Part shown: positions 51,769-64,000 of the stretch, piece by piece
How positions within the stretch are numbered: position 1 is the stretch's first letter
Layout of the letters: every line of letters starts with the position of its first letter
Assembly (NCBI GenBank): GCA_050084515.1
Contig: CM114271.1
Coordinates: 4,774,001-4,838,000 of the forward strand
Length of the DNA stretch: 64,000 bases
Reading direction: 5' to 3'
From: Blasia pusilla
Taxonomy: Eukaryota
The notes under the pieces: model-generated
Database searches by the model: none
The model's input: only the letters and a program-made list of their open reading frames with translations
What the model was told of the DNA's origin: nothing
Program-made: the position numbers and the translations under genes

Positions 51769-52770
51769 TGTCGCGCCCCTACTCTCCTTGAACGTCAATC
51801 TTTAGTGTTGCGGAAGCGTGCGTTCAATAGGTCACGAACTCATCGCCGATCTGCACCCAAACACGCACTCTCGTTAGTCGGGTTTGGCCAACCGGCGTTC
51901 CAACCCACCGAGTCCTCAACTCGGCGTCTCATCAAGCTCAACCTTCCTTAGTTCCTAGCTTCCAACACATGGCAAGTCCTTCAAGACTTGGAACAGACTT
52001 CATGGTTAGTCCAGGGATCTGAAACGGCACTTGCGCGCCTAGCGATCCCAATTATTCAACGGTCCTCGGGTGAGTTCTGAACCGAGACCCAAGTAATTGA
52101 GTCGCGGGGTGGAATCCAAGAGGGATGTCTAAAATCGCCTCACTGGACTTGGTGCAGGTTTTCCAACCCAACCCCCAAACTCGCGTTCCGTTCCACGCCC
52201 TTGAGCCGCCCCGCGGCGCCCAAAGTGGGGTTTGGGTTCCAAGCACTCTCGGAGACCTTCCCCCTTACTAGTACTTCTGCGGTTCTCCAATAACCCCTCC
52301 CCTTTGGGAAAAGAGGGTCGGGCCCTTCATTGTGGCCCTCAACCTGACTCCACTTACAGTCGTTTTCGGGTCGTATCTCGGCCGCTGCTTATGTGTTTGC
52401 AGCGATCTTTGGTGCGTTTGGACCGGCTCTCCATAAGCTTTCCAACGCACCCTTATTTGCTCCAAACGCATCTTGGCGCTAAAAGTTATGGCCATAAATA
52501 CAGTCGGAAACTCTCAAACGCTAGTGGCGTTCCAAATCCGGATCTTCCCTTTGGCAACCCACTTCCTAGACTCGACTTCTTTCAAGTCTCATTCCGCGTT
52601 TGGTCCAGGTTTCTCAATCGCGACCATAACACCTGAAACGCAACTCCTCGTTCGCGTCTCGTCTCTTGTCTCCTCTTTGAGACAACTCCAACGCGCAAAC
52701 CATCTTAGCGTGAGCCCGCTAATGTTCCGATGTTCCGCTTGGCACTTGTTTGGTCATGAGGGTCGCGACA
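51769..52770 (-). repeat. Chromovirus 3' LTR (1002 bp)
   Basis: TGTCGCG...CGCGACA inverted termini; near-identical to 58107-58989. Confidence 0.97.
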
Positions 52771-53460
52771 CTCACCCCTCTTTTAGAGGTTGATGCCCTC
52801 ATCAACACAAACTTTTATTATGTCAAGTCTCTGGCACCTACCCTTGACATTGAATTGCGTTCTGGTGGCTAACCCGCAATTCCTCTTAGTCTCTAGTTGT
52901 CGCTTTGCCCCACTTAGAATTATTAGCCTCTCCTCTTCGATAAGCCTGGACTTGTTCCCAGGAACTAACCTATCAAATAAGCTAACTAAGTGTGCAACCT
53001 TAGACTCTTTCGACTCATTCATCGTAAACATCACACTGTTTACTGGTCCACAAATCGTACTACTATTGGGTCGCTCTCGTATTCGACTTAGGCGCGTCAC
53101 TAAGTCTACTTATGTGGCCACAAGTAAGATCACCCCAAGCCCCAAGACAGACTTCATCCGCCCGCCGACGCTAGGGCGAGCCCGAGTGTAATCCAACACA
53201 AGGTCCTGTTCTAGGTGCTTATCCACATACTGAGCTCTCACCTCAAATACTCCTTTGTCTGCAGTCCTCTCTTGTCGTACATTCTAAGCCTATGATGAAC
53301 GACTCATAGCCATGCACTACCACATACAAATTGCAATCAACACGGTATCGAATCTCCAAATCCATACACTCCTTTATTGCAACACTAGCATATTCTAGTT
53401 ATAAACGGCCTTCGCCCAAGATTCCATGGTTACAAGTCATGTCTCTAGCTTCTCCTCGTA

Positions 53461-55036
53461 CTAACGTATGTGCTTCGCTTGTGTTCGCTTGAAGTCACGC
53501 AACAACTCTTGCGCGTGTTCCAAATCAGCCTCCGCAATCCAAGTCGCCTCCTTCACATGGTAGCCCTTCCATTTTACCAAGTATTCATACTTGTTGGCTC
53601 GACGTCTCGAACGTAAGATGGTCTCCACCTCAAACTCCGGCTCTTCATTTACGATGACCGGGTGCGGTCTCACCACTCTCCGCTCGAACGCGTCCATTAT
53701 CTTGAAGATATTTCTTCAACAATGACACATGAAAGGTCGGGTGAATCTTGAACTCGTCCGACAGCCTCAACATATACACATCCTCAAACGGGTTTGCCAC
53801 AATCACATACGGTCCAGCATACTTGGCCGACAGCTTCGTAGACAACTCTTTCGGAAGAGTGAGATTCTTTACACTCAACCACACTTGTTCTCCAACTTGG
53901 AATCGTACTTGGCGCCGACTCTTGTTAGCATGCTTAACGTACCTCATTTGAGCCTTTGCAAGACTTCGCCTCGCGCGCTCTTCTTGTTCTCGCATCTCTA
54001 CCAACAAACCTTATGCCGCCGCTTGTCGTGTTCGTGCCATCGTAGTACCCTTGAAAGGGCTAGATCAAGAGGCCCTTTCGGCTCGTCCATTTGCCAGAGA
54101 AACGGAGATTCTCCGATTGAGAGTGCTTGGTCGAGTTGTAGTGAGATTCCGCCATGCTCACCACGACCCAATCGCGTTGATCAAAGACTCGACATAATTC
54201 CTTAAGTACTAATTCACGATAGAGTTTACCTTTTTCAGTCCTGGTCCATCCGCGTCAGGTGGAAAGCCGTCATCGAAACTCAACTTGGTCTTAAACCTTC
54301 GAACAAGTGCTTCGAAAGCACTTTGGTATACTTTGATCCCGATCAAACAATGCTCCTCGGCAAACCATGAGCACGCCACCAGCTATCGAGAAATAGTTGC
54401 GCCGTTGTGGAATCCACCGTCGGCACGAATCTCGCCATCTTGCTAAACCGATCAACAATCACAAGTATAGCGTTGTATCCCTCAGATTCCGGAAGACTCG
54501 TGATGAAATCCATACTCACACTTTGCAAGGGTCCTCTCGGGATGGCAAGGTATGCAAAGCAAGCCCTGTTTCTTATCATAAGAGACTCTATTCGCTTGGA
54601 AGGTCACACAGGTCTTCACATATTGAGCAACATCCTCCTTCATGTTGGGCCAAAAGAACCGCTTTGACAGAACAGGTAGCGTAGATTTCTCTCCTTTGTG
54701 TCCTGCCAAGGGCCCATCGTGACATTCCGCTAACACCTTGGTTCGCATCCTGCCTTGCCCTACATAGATCCTACTCTGTTTGAACCTTTGTAAACCGTGC
54801 CTCAAACTTATGTTGGCCACCTTCTCACCCTGCTTCAACTTCCTCAGGTATTCCCCTGCTTGAGCATCCTTCATATATCCTTCACGAATCCTTCTTTCCA
54901 GATCTGTTTCCTTAGGGAACATTGCTCTCAAGACCTGTGTCATCGATGGCATGTGTTCCTCCTTGCGACTTAACGCATCTGGAATCACATTATCTTTACC
55001 TGGCTTGTGAATCAATTCGACATCCATAAGCGCCAA
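53461..55036 (-). pseudogene. Chromovirus integrase and chromodomain (frameshifted)
   Basis: [51 protein letters not shown]...EYLVKWKGY...TW. Confidence 0.93.
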
Positions 55037-55048
55037 GGTATCATGCCA

Positions 55049-57549
55049 TCATAGTTGTTTCGGTGTCACTCGATCCTGGGTCTCAAAATAATTGAGTGAT
55101 ATATTATCGGTGAATACTCGAGTCCTGTGGAGCCCTAGATAATGCCGCCACTTCCTCAAGCAATGTACCACCGCGAACAACTCTTTCTCGTGAGTAGGCC
55201 ATCTCCTTTCAGTATCGCTAAGCTTCTTGCTCTCATATGCCACCGGTCTCCCTTCTTGCACCAACATTCCTGCAACCGCAAAATCACTAGCATCGGTATG
55301 CACCTCGAACGATTTGTCAAACTCCGGCAGCTTCAACACTGGTTCCTGCGAGAGAATCTGCTTCACTCGGTTGAATGCCTCATTAACTTCCTGGGTCCAA
55401 GTCGTGTTGGCAAAATTTGCTGTCCAATCCGTGAGAGGTCTCACAATTCCCGAAAAGTTTTTCACATAAGTACGATAAAATTGCACCGCACCTATGAACC
55501 TCCTCATCCCCTTTACAGTGGATGGGGGTTCCCACTCGGAAATCGCCTTTACCTTCTCCATGTCTGGACTGACGCCATCTACACTGACCACGTGACCCAA
55601 GAATTTGATCTTACTCAAACCAAATTCGCTCTTCTCTACATTCGCATACAGCTGATTTGCCCTTAGCTTAGACAAGACCGCTCTCACATGTCGAACGTGC
55701 TCCTCTAGTGACTTCGAATAGATAAGTATGTCATCGATAAAGATGATAACATACTCATCCATTTCCTTGTGAAAAATGGAGTTCATCAATGTGGTGAACG
55801 TTGGAGGCGCGTTACATAGACCGAAAGGCATCACTACAAACTCAAAGGAATCGTATCTCGTCCCCGCACGCATCTTCTCCACATCCGCTCGGCAATCCGA
55901 ACCAGTAATATCGACTTCAAGTCAATCCTACTGAAATATCTCGCGCCTGCCAACCTATCAAAGAGATCATCTATCCTCGGAAGAGGATAATTGTTCCGAA
56001 CCGTCACTTTGTTCAGTGCACGGTAATCAACACACAACCTCATTTTTCCATCCTTCTTCTTTACAAAGAGAACAGGTGCTCCATAAGGTGACTTGCTAGT
56101 CCTAATGTAACCCTTTTCCAAGAGCTCACTTAACTGCTTTTTCAACTCAAGAAGTTCCTCCTGATTCAACCTATATGGTGCTTTTGAAGGCGGTTGGGAA
56201 CCGGGTATGATCTCTATCTTACGATACACGGCTCTATGCGGCGGCAATTCAATCGGAAGCTCATTTGTCAAGACATCCTCAAACTCCTTGACCACTTCCT
56301 GGAGTGGTTCTGGGATTCCCCTTGAAGCAGTATGCTGATCTCTGCGTATAGTGCTTGTAGCCTTCTCCACTTGTCTCATCAAGCAGAGAAATCCATCCTC
56401 CAACTCAGTCATGCTCCTCCTTGTGATCGAGTTCACTAACTCCATTTTCGCTGGAACCTCACGGACCAACCGCACCTGTAACCGTTTGCCTTTTAGCAAG
56501 ACGCTCAACCTCAAGGGTCTACGTCTTAACTCCACCTCATACGCATCTAGGAATGTATTCCCCAAAACTCCGTCAATGCCATCCATTTCGCACACAGTGA
56601 AATTCTCCTTCAACTCGAATACCCCGCATCCTACTGTCAAACCCAAGACCAAATCAGAAGTCCGATGAGACTTCCCTCCTGCAAATCCTACTCGAATGGG
56701 CTCGTCCGCCTTAGAGGTAGACAGCCCCAGTTCCTTCACGATTCTCGGGCTTAGGAAGGAGTGCGAAGCACCTGTATCCACGAGCAACAACACATCGCGA
56801 TCAACAATCTTGGATCTTAGGTACACCAAATTGTGCGTCCTCTTGGTGACTTGAAGGGACGTCTCGAGATCACCCGCTAACAGATGCTTAGCAGAAAACG
56901 CAATCATACTCCCATTACTAACCTTCGGTTTTGAACACCCTTTCGACAGGTGCCCCGGTTCGCCACAGTTGTAGCACACGACCTTGCCGTTCCCTGACTT
57001 TGAGTGTTGTCCTCCTTTCGGCTTCGCATGAAGTTCCACTCATTTTGCTGCCGGGGCAGATGACTCTCCTGGTTTGTGCTGGCCCCCACTCCAGCCTCTT
57101 TTGAACGCCTCCTTATTTTTCGACTTCTTCGAAAAATCTTTTGGCTCGAAGGGTTTCTGGGTCTGGACCTCATCGTCCCCAATCCGCTCCGCTAGCTTCA
57201 AAAGGTCCGCGCAGGTCTCTGGCAACGTCGGCATTCGGTAAAGGGCCTTTTCAGCGCTCGGCTTGAGTCCACTAATGAAGATAGCTTTCTTCGCGTGCTC
57301 ATCCATCTTTGAACTAGAAGTCAGTTTGGCACTAAACTCCCTCACATACGCGCTTAAGGAACCACTCTGCTGCATCCGAACGCATTCCACCGTGTCGTGC
57401 AACCCTTGGTACTCCGGAGTGAACCGATCCCCAATCAACTCCTTGAACTCCTCCCAACTCAGAGGTGACTCGCCGCCCAGATATTCCTCTCGTTGAGTTG
57501 TCCACCATTGTAGAGCATGATCCTTCAGGAAAGTAAAGGCTACCGTCAC
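55049..57549 (-). pseudogene. Chromovirus Gag, protease, RT and RNase H
   Basis: [59 protein letters not shown]. In-frame TGA at 57040-57042 and a frameshift near 55880. Confidence 0.95.
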
Positions 57550-58092
57550 CTTGTCCGCTTTCAGCTGACCCTCTCGCGCCTCAAGTCTGATTCGCCGTAA
57601 GGAAATCCTTCACTTTCATGAGCGCCCCACTCCGTGAATGGCGTGGGCGAGTTTGTCTTAGAGAGCTTTTGCCCGCACCGGGTTCGAGTGGCCTCTAACT
57701 CGCAATCCGCTTGTTTTTCTTTGGGACATCTGCTCCACCAACACCTTCAACAAGTCCAACGTCTGGCTCGACTCCGTCCTTTCCCCGAGTTTGGGCCCAC
57801 GGCCCCGCGGGAAGGATTCGCCTCCGGAATGTCCTCACGAACTGGCGTTCAGCTCTTCGGGAGTCTCCGTCTCTCTATAGCTTCACGGCCGGCATTGGTT
57901 CCTCTCTTGGTTCACGCCGCTTGATTCGGGCGCTTCTTGGGTTGTTCTCCTTGATCGCCATTTCCAAGCCAACTCACACAGATCTCCTCCTCGTTTCTTG
58001 CGTCCCTCCTCGGCGTCGAGTCTAGCCGCTACCTTGAAATTTCCCAAGCGTCGGCTGATCCCACGACCCCAAGTTCTCGCTCACCAAGGATT

Positions 58093-58104
58093 AGCTCGAT
58101 ACCA
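58093..58104 (-). promoter_or_regulatory. Primer-binding site, tRNA-iMet-like
   Basis: TGGTATCGAGCT, 2 nt inside the 5' LTR; the plant consensus is TGGTATCAGAGC. Confidence 0.85.
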
Positions 58105-58106
58105 CT

Positions 58107-58989
58107 TGTCGCGCCCCTACTCTCCTTGAACGTCAATCTTTAGTGTTGCGGAAGCGCGTCGTTGATGGGTCACGAACTCATCGCCGATCTGCACCCAAAC
58201 ACGCACTCGTTAGTCGGGTTTGGCCAACGGCGCGTTCAACCCACCGAGTCCTCAACTCGGCGTCTCATCAAGCTCAACCTTCCTTAGTTCCTAGCTTCCA
58301 ACACATGGCAAGTCCTTCAAGACTTGGAACAGACTTCATGGTTAGTCCAGGATCTGAAACGGCACTTGCGCGCCTAGCGATCCCAATTATTCAACGGTCC
58401 TCGGGTGAGTTCTGAACCGAGACCCAAGTAATTGAGTCGCGGGGTGGAATCCAAGAGGGATGTCTAAAATCGCCTCACTGGACTTGGTGCAGGTTTTCCA
58501 ACCCAACCCCCAAACTCGCGTTCCGTTCCACGCCCTTGAGCCGCCCCGCGGCGCCCAAAGTGGGGTTTGGGTTCCAAGCACTCTCGGAGACCTTCCCCCT
58601 TACTAGTACTTCTGCGGTTCTCCAATAACCCCTCCCCTTTGGGAAAAGAGGGTCGGGCCCTTCATTGTGGCCCTCAACCTGACTCCACTTACAGTCGTTT
58701 TCGGGTCGTATCTCGGCCGCTGCTTATGTGTTTGCAGCGATCTTTGGTGCGTTTGGACCGGCTCTCCATAAGCTTTCCAACGCACCCTTATTTGCTCCAA
58801 ACGCATCTTGGCGCTAAAAGTTATGGCCATAAATACAGTCGGAAACTCTCAAACGCTAGTGGCGTTCCAAATCCGGATCTTCCCTTTGGCAACCCACTTC
58901 CTAGACTCGACTTCTTTCAAGTCTCATTCCGCGTTTGGTCCAGGTTTCTCAATCGCGACCATAACACCTGAAACGCAACTCCTCGTTCG
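58107..58989 (-). repeat. Chromovirus 5' LTR, outer ~120 bp missing
   Basis: Identity with the other LTR stops after CCTCGTTCG. Confidence 0.95.
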
Positions 58990-61203
58990 GCCCACAAATG
59001 TGAGTCAAGTTTGTGCATTCATGGGATTGGAGAACTTTTATCAACGGTATGTCAAGGATTTTAGTTCGATTGCAAAGCTGCTAACCTTGCTGATCAAGGT
59101 GGATCAGGAGTGGCACTGGGGGGATGAGCAAGAGAGAGCATTTTAGCTTCTCAAAGAGAGATTGACGTGCGCGCCCATATTGAGGAGACCAATCAGGGGG
59201 CATCCTTTCCAGTTGCATACATATTGGAGCATGTTGGGGCTTGGAGCCGTGCTAACCCTACATGAAAATGAGGGTAGAGAGTTTGCAGTGGCTTATGCTA
59301 GTCGCTCAAACAACGCTGTAGAGGCAAAGTATAGATCGTATGACGGTGAGTGTTTGGCTCCAATGTTGGCTCTCTTGCATTTTACGTTTTATTTAATCGG
59401 AAACCCCTTTATCATCATTATTGAATATCAACCACTAAAGTGGTTGATGAAGTCCGACACGCTTACAGGTAACCTTGTGAGGTGGGCTCTTTTGTTGCAG
59501 AAGTATGACTTCCATGTGGTACATAGACATGAGACGCTCAACCAGGATGTAGACAGTTTGAGCGATAACCCACACCCGAGTCAGCAAGATGCGACTGGAG
59601 CTCGTTGGCATGGAGAGAGTAAAAAGGAGGTGGTTTGAGGATGGCATTCGTCAGCCTATTTGGCCTTGTTGGTTATAAAGAGCCACATTGCTAAGACTTT
59701 GATGGCGAGGTCTGATGGAGAGTCCTTAGATCCAAAGGTCGATGAGAAGATGATAGGTGGCCGAGATATTTATGACCATGGAGTAGTCTTGGAGTACTTG
59801 CGTACTTACAACGTTGCGAGCATAGTAGGTGCTAGAGAGCAGGATCGGATCCTACAACGAGCCAGATGGTTCCGGCGGGAGGGGACATATGTGTTGCAAG
59901 TTTGGAAGGATGGTAGAGTACGTGTAGTGCCTCATCCTTCACAAAGATCACGTTTGGTGCCTCATGCCCACAAGGAGTTGGGTCATTTTGGAGTGAAGCG
60001 GACGTATTGCTCCAAATACATTATTGGTGGCGAGGTATGGAGACTGACGTTCAACAATTTGTTGCCAGATGCATGGTTTATGATAGGGTCCGGGCATTGT
60101 TCAATGCTCCGACTCCACAGTTATATCCACTTCCAATCATGGGTTTAGGTTATAGATGGAGTTTAATTTGCAAGAACTTTACCTTTGACCAAGCGCCATA
60201 GTTAATATGTGTTGGTGATGGTTGAGCACTTCTCAAAGTTTGATAGAGTTGGTTGCATTGCTCGACAAAGCGAGTGAGGGAGTAGCGTATGCCCTCCTAG
60301 ATCAAGTGTTGAGTCATTACGGCACAATAGTTGAGGTGTTGACAAACCAGGGTACAGAGTTTCACGGTGAGTTTCAAGCCTTGTGTGATCAGACGCTCAT
60401 CAACCACTGCACCACTTCGCGAGATCATCTTGAGGCGGATGGACTAGCAGAGAGGGTTGTGCAGACGGTGAAGAGAGGATTACGCAAGTATGGCTTGTAG
60501 AGAGGACACCTGGGAGATTGGGACCTCTAGTTTCCTTGGTTGGCGATGGGATATAAATTCAGCACGCATGCATCTTTAGCGTCTTTCTCACCATATTTGC
60601 TTCTTTATGGGTGAGAGCCAGATTTACCTGCGGCAATTTGTCGAGATGTTGGTGAGGTGTTGAACCTTGATGACCCTGATGTATGGATGCGAGCAAGTTC
60701 TCAGAGGGCTGAGTTGTCTTGGAGAGTGATGCCCATGGCCTTTTAGAACTTGGCGATTGTGCAACATCGGGATATGTTGAGGTATGCGACTACTTAGGGA
60801 GGTGATTATCAACCTACTATCCGTAGGTTTCATCAAGGAGACTATGTCTACTTGTAGTAGACAGCATCCACCATATTGGATGTGATTGCAACACGCACTA
60901 TCTTGAGAGTGCGGGAGGTATTGCCATCTGGTGTTCTCTTATTGGAGGGATGCGATTGTATACTTTAGAAGGACCATGTGCATAACTATGCGCCATGTTT
61001 AACTTTCTAACATTGACCGTACAATTGATCCGAGCTTAGTAGTAGTTCGTGCAGGCTTGCGATGTATGTTGTGTGGTTCGGCCCATAGTGCGGCCACTAT
61101 GCTAGTCTGTGATGGATCTTCGAGAGGATGGCATATGGCATGTTTGATGCCATCTCTCACTAGGGTACCTCGGGAACGATGGATGTGCCCTAGATGTACA
61201 TAG
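58990..61203 (+). pseudogene. Copy 2 RT connection, RNase H, integrase and PHD finger
   Basis: AFMGL.NFYQRYVKDFSSIA, AYASRSNN, ADGLAERVVQTVKRGLRKYG. PHD at 61063-61197: CMLC...VCDGS..GWHMAC...WMCPRC. Confidence 0.9.
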
Positions 61204-61376
61204 AGTAGGTAGTTTAAGATTCCGACTTGTGTTGGTGACATGGATGACAAGAAGGCAACTAACGATGGGGCCATATGAGCACTCGGCCTCTTCTTGCTCT
61301 TAGCGTTCGAGAGATGTATGTCATGGTAGGTAGGGATAGATGGCTATGTGGAGTTAGAGGGACCTAACCACCTTCT

Positions 61377-62026
61377 AGGGGGCTATTGGAGATATTTTGG
61401 TACTTCTCATCTCGTTTTTTGGATGCCATGAGTTACCATGGGATCATGTGTGATTGTTCGGTTACACTGATGTGTATGCATCTTTTAGGATACATTTGAG
61501 AGATCTAGTAGAGTGCCTTCCAAGATATTGGAGGAAATCCTTAGGAGGTCAAGGATAACCTGCTAAGGCCACAAGTAACGTACGAGAGCAACTTTCCCTT
61601 TTATTTAGCTCATTTGAAGCCATATTGAGGAACTTATTATTTCGGGTAAGTTACTGTTATGGTATAGTTAACTTTCCAATTTGGGAAGTGATCCTTGACC
61701 CGCTAGAGAAGGTCAAGGGCCAAGGAGGTGACTTATGAGCATATGTTATCGTGGAGAGGGTTTCAGAGAGGGAAGTGGGTATACCTCCAAGAGAGAGAGC
61801 TTGAGGGCTCATTCTCTCTTTGTTGAACCTCTTGGCATGAGGCAAGAAAGCTATGGTTCTCCTTATCTTGTGTGTGTAATCCAAGCCTCTCATTAGGAGA
61901 GTGGGTTTGGTTCACATGAGAGAGAGTGCACACCATGGAGAGCTTGGTGTGAGATGTTGATGGAGACATTTGATCGATTTATTGAAGATATTTGTATGTT
62001 ATGTAACGATGTGTATGCGCACGACA
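61377..62026 (+). repeat. Copy 2 3' terminal block: purine tract, B1, A2, B2
   Basis: AGGGGG then ATTGGAGATATTTT...GATGTGTATGCA (B1), the long repeat A2, then ATTGAAGATATTT...GATGTGTATGCGCACGACA (internally deleted B2). Confidence 0.88.
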
Positions 62027-63929
62027 ACCTACATAAAGAATAAGGTAGGATAGAGTGAATAAATACATGATAGTCATGGAACTTCATGTTGCCCAACTTT
62101 TTCTTGGCCACATACGTTTTCAACTCCCCACAATATTATGAAGGCTTTTTTAAGGCCTTAATCCTTGAAAGGAAAATTTTTAACTCATGAGGAGAGAGGA
62201 CATAATCTGGTAGAGGTGTGACAAGAGACCCTCTGCGTTTAGGATTTGGTTGAAGCCATAATGGGGTGACACTCGTCTTGCTTCCATATCTCATCTCACT
62301 TTCACTGTATCTTAAAGGCCAAAGATAGTCTTCAAGATATTCTCAACAATGTTTTTTTCCATATGCATGAAATTAAATGTATGTTGAATGAGGAGATGTT
62401 GATTTTTTTATCAAAGAATCAACTTTTGAATATCGAAAGACCAATCCATCATAGAGAAATAAAAGTTCATAAGCTCAATCATTCCAAGTGTAGGTTGGTG
62501 GATAGTTCCCAATAAGGTAAGTCAAAGAGAAAACTCCTCCTCTTTACTCCGGTTCTTTTATACGGATCATTGGGATCGTCCTCTTGACCCCCACTCTTAT
62601 CATACATGCGCTTTTCTTCTGCCCATTTCAAGATCTCCTCCACTGTGATCCTCTCAAATGATGTATTAAGCTCGCCACTACCATTAAAGTGTATGCTAGA
62701 TTGTCTTTCCCTCCATAGATGATATGAAGGTACATATCTTCTATGGCCCCCAAATATCGACTTCCCACATTCCTTGATAAAATTTGAATCCATTCTTGGC
62801 CCACAAATTGCGCAAATTTTGATTTCCCACTGGACTTTGCCTGCAATAGTACCATATGTTGGATAGTCGTTTATTCTCCAAAGTATCATGGCTTTGAATG
62901 TAAACTCCCATGGCCCATCTGGTTTTCTAATATCATGGAGTTTAAAACCTCTCCATAACTCCATAAACTCTTCCACTAATGGACCAAGATAAGTGTTGAT
63001 ATTATTTCCACCTACACTCTCCTTCCATTGTATGAAGAGGGCAAGCACTAAAAATTGTTTGTAACCAAGGAGGTAATTCATAATTTACGAACAGTGTTGG
63101 CCATATATACCAAGAAGTCGACTTATCGAGGCTCTTGTGCCGAAGACCCTTTGCACAAAGTAGGGATTTCCCCACCTACTTAAACTTGGATTGGTCACAC
63201 TTAGGAAAAACCAAATAATCTTTCAAGTCCCCACGAAACAACACGCATCCCTTTGGACATGCATGGTAGGAATTATAAGTCATCCCAAGCTTTCTTATAA
63301 GCTTATTGGTTGCATAGTAACTAGGTGGAACATGGTCAGCAATACTAGTTTTCCAAGAAGCTTCAAATTTTCATCTATAGCAACATTGGGAACATTGTGG
63401 GTTGCAGCGGCATTGAACAACAACATCACAAAGCTAAGATTGAAGTTTTAGATCCTAGAAAAGTGGCTTACAAGCTTTAGAGAGCTCAAGGTAGTCTTCT
63501 TGCGGTGCTGGAGTGTTGTATTGGTTTGTTGAATCGTAGGGAGCACTATCTTCATCACGTTCATCATCCCTCAACTCACTATCTCTATGGCTCTCATGAA
63601 GATGGTCATATTGAGTGAACTTGTCTCTTAATATCCTTTGGACATCTATGTTGGGATCCTCTTAATTGTCGGGCTCATCTGGTGAGGATGTGGCATTGGG
63701 TAATCCATCTCGGGTCTTATTTTACCATTTTTGTTACTTGGTCCTTGAAAGACTCTCTCTGGAGAATAGACCATTCCTCATCTATGGAGTCCCATTCTTG
63801 GTTATTTCTTGGGGTTCTAAAGAGGTGAAACCGCTCAAACTTTATAAGGTGTTCTTCAACCCTATGTAGAGAGAGATAAGTCTCACCCATACATTGATTA
63901 TAGGGGCACCTAACTCTCTTTAGACCCAA
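62027..63929 (-). pseudogene. CACTA transposase N-terminal part (transposase-associated and Tnp2-type domains)
   Basis: RCPYNQC...VEEHLIK; INTYLGPLVEE..ELW.G; INDYPTYG...CAIC...GHRRY; FLFDLPYW; MKFHDYHV. Confidence 0.9.
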
Positions 63930-64000
63930 CTTATAAGCTAAAACCTGCTCTTTCGCTACAATTTATAATCATGTGCAAGCACTCGTTACGGATGATCAAG

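Larger units (their letters stand above)
51769..58989 (-). mobile_element. Chromodomain-bearing Ty3/Gypsy LTR retrotransposon (chromovirus), young, nested in the copy 2 RT
   Basis: 3' LTR 51769-52770 (TG...CA); PPT AAAAGAGGGGTGAG 52771-52784; PBS TGGTATCGAGCT 58093-58104; 5' LTR 58107-58989, truncated. Gag, knuckle, PR, RT, RH, INT and chromodomain are all present. Confidence 0.96.

Noticed and set aside
52232-52636. Identical 134 aa ORFs at 52232 and 58567
   Set aside because: They are duplicated only because they lie in the two LTRs; no coding evidence.

Overview
Eukaryotic, plant-like (streptophyte) genomic DNA; the species cannot be determined from the sequence. The left ~25 kb holds two intact, spliced host genes: an F-box/Kelch gene (~4.9-6.4 kb) and an OBERON3/4-like PHD/coiled-coil gene (18.7-22.4 kb). 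They sit among decayed LINE and Helitron remnants and minisatellites. The right ~38 kb is a four-level transposon nest. The most notable system is a Ty3/Gypsy-type retroelement family present three times: 31528-41888 (-), 44859-62026 (+) and an old remnant at ~26690-28458 (+). Its single polyprotein reads Gag - protease - DNMT3-like C5 cytosine methyltransferase - RT - RNase H - DDE integrase - PHD finger. Its ends are not a plain LTR pair. Both full copies show a split direct-repeat layout (A1 - ORF - B1 - A2 - B2) with no tRNA primer site, and the outer boundary of copy 2 is fixed by a target-site duplication inside a CACTA transposase frame. All three copies are decayed, but together they reconstruct the methyltransferase catalytic motifs. 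A CACTA element (28459 to beyond 64000) interrupts the oldest copy and hosts the two younger ones. A young chromodomain Gypsy (51769-58989) sits inside copy 2. All domain calls are by-eye motif recognition, not database searches.
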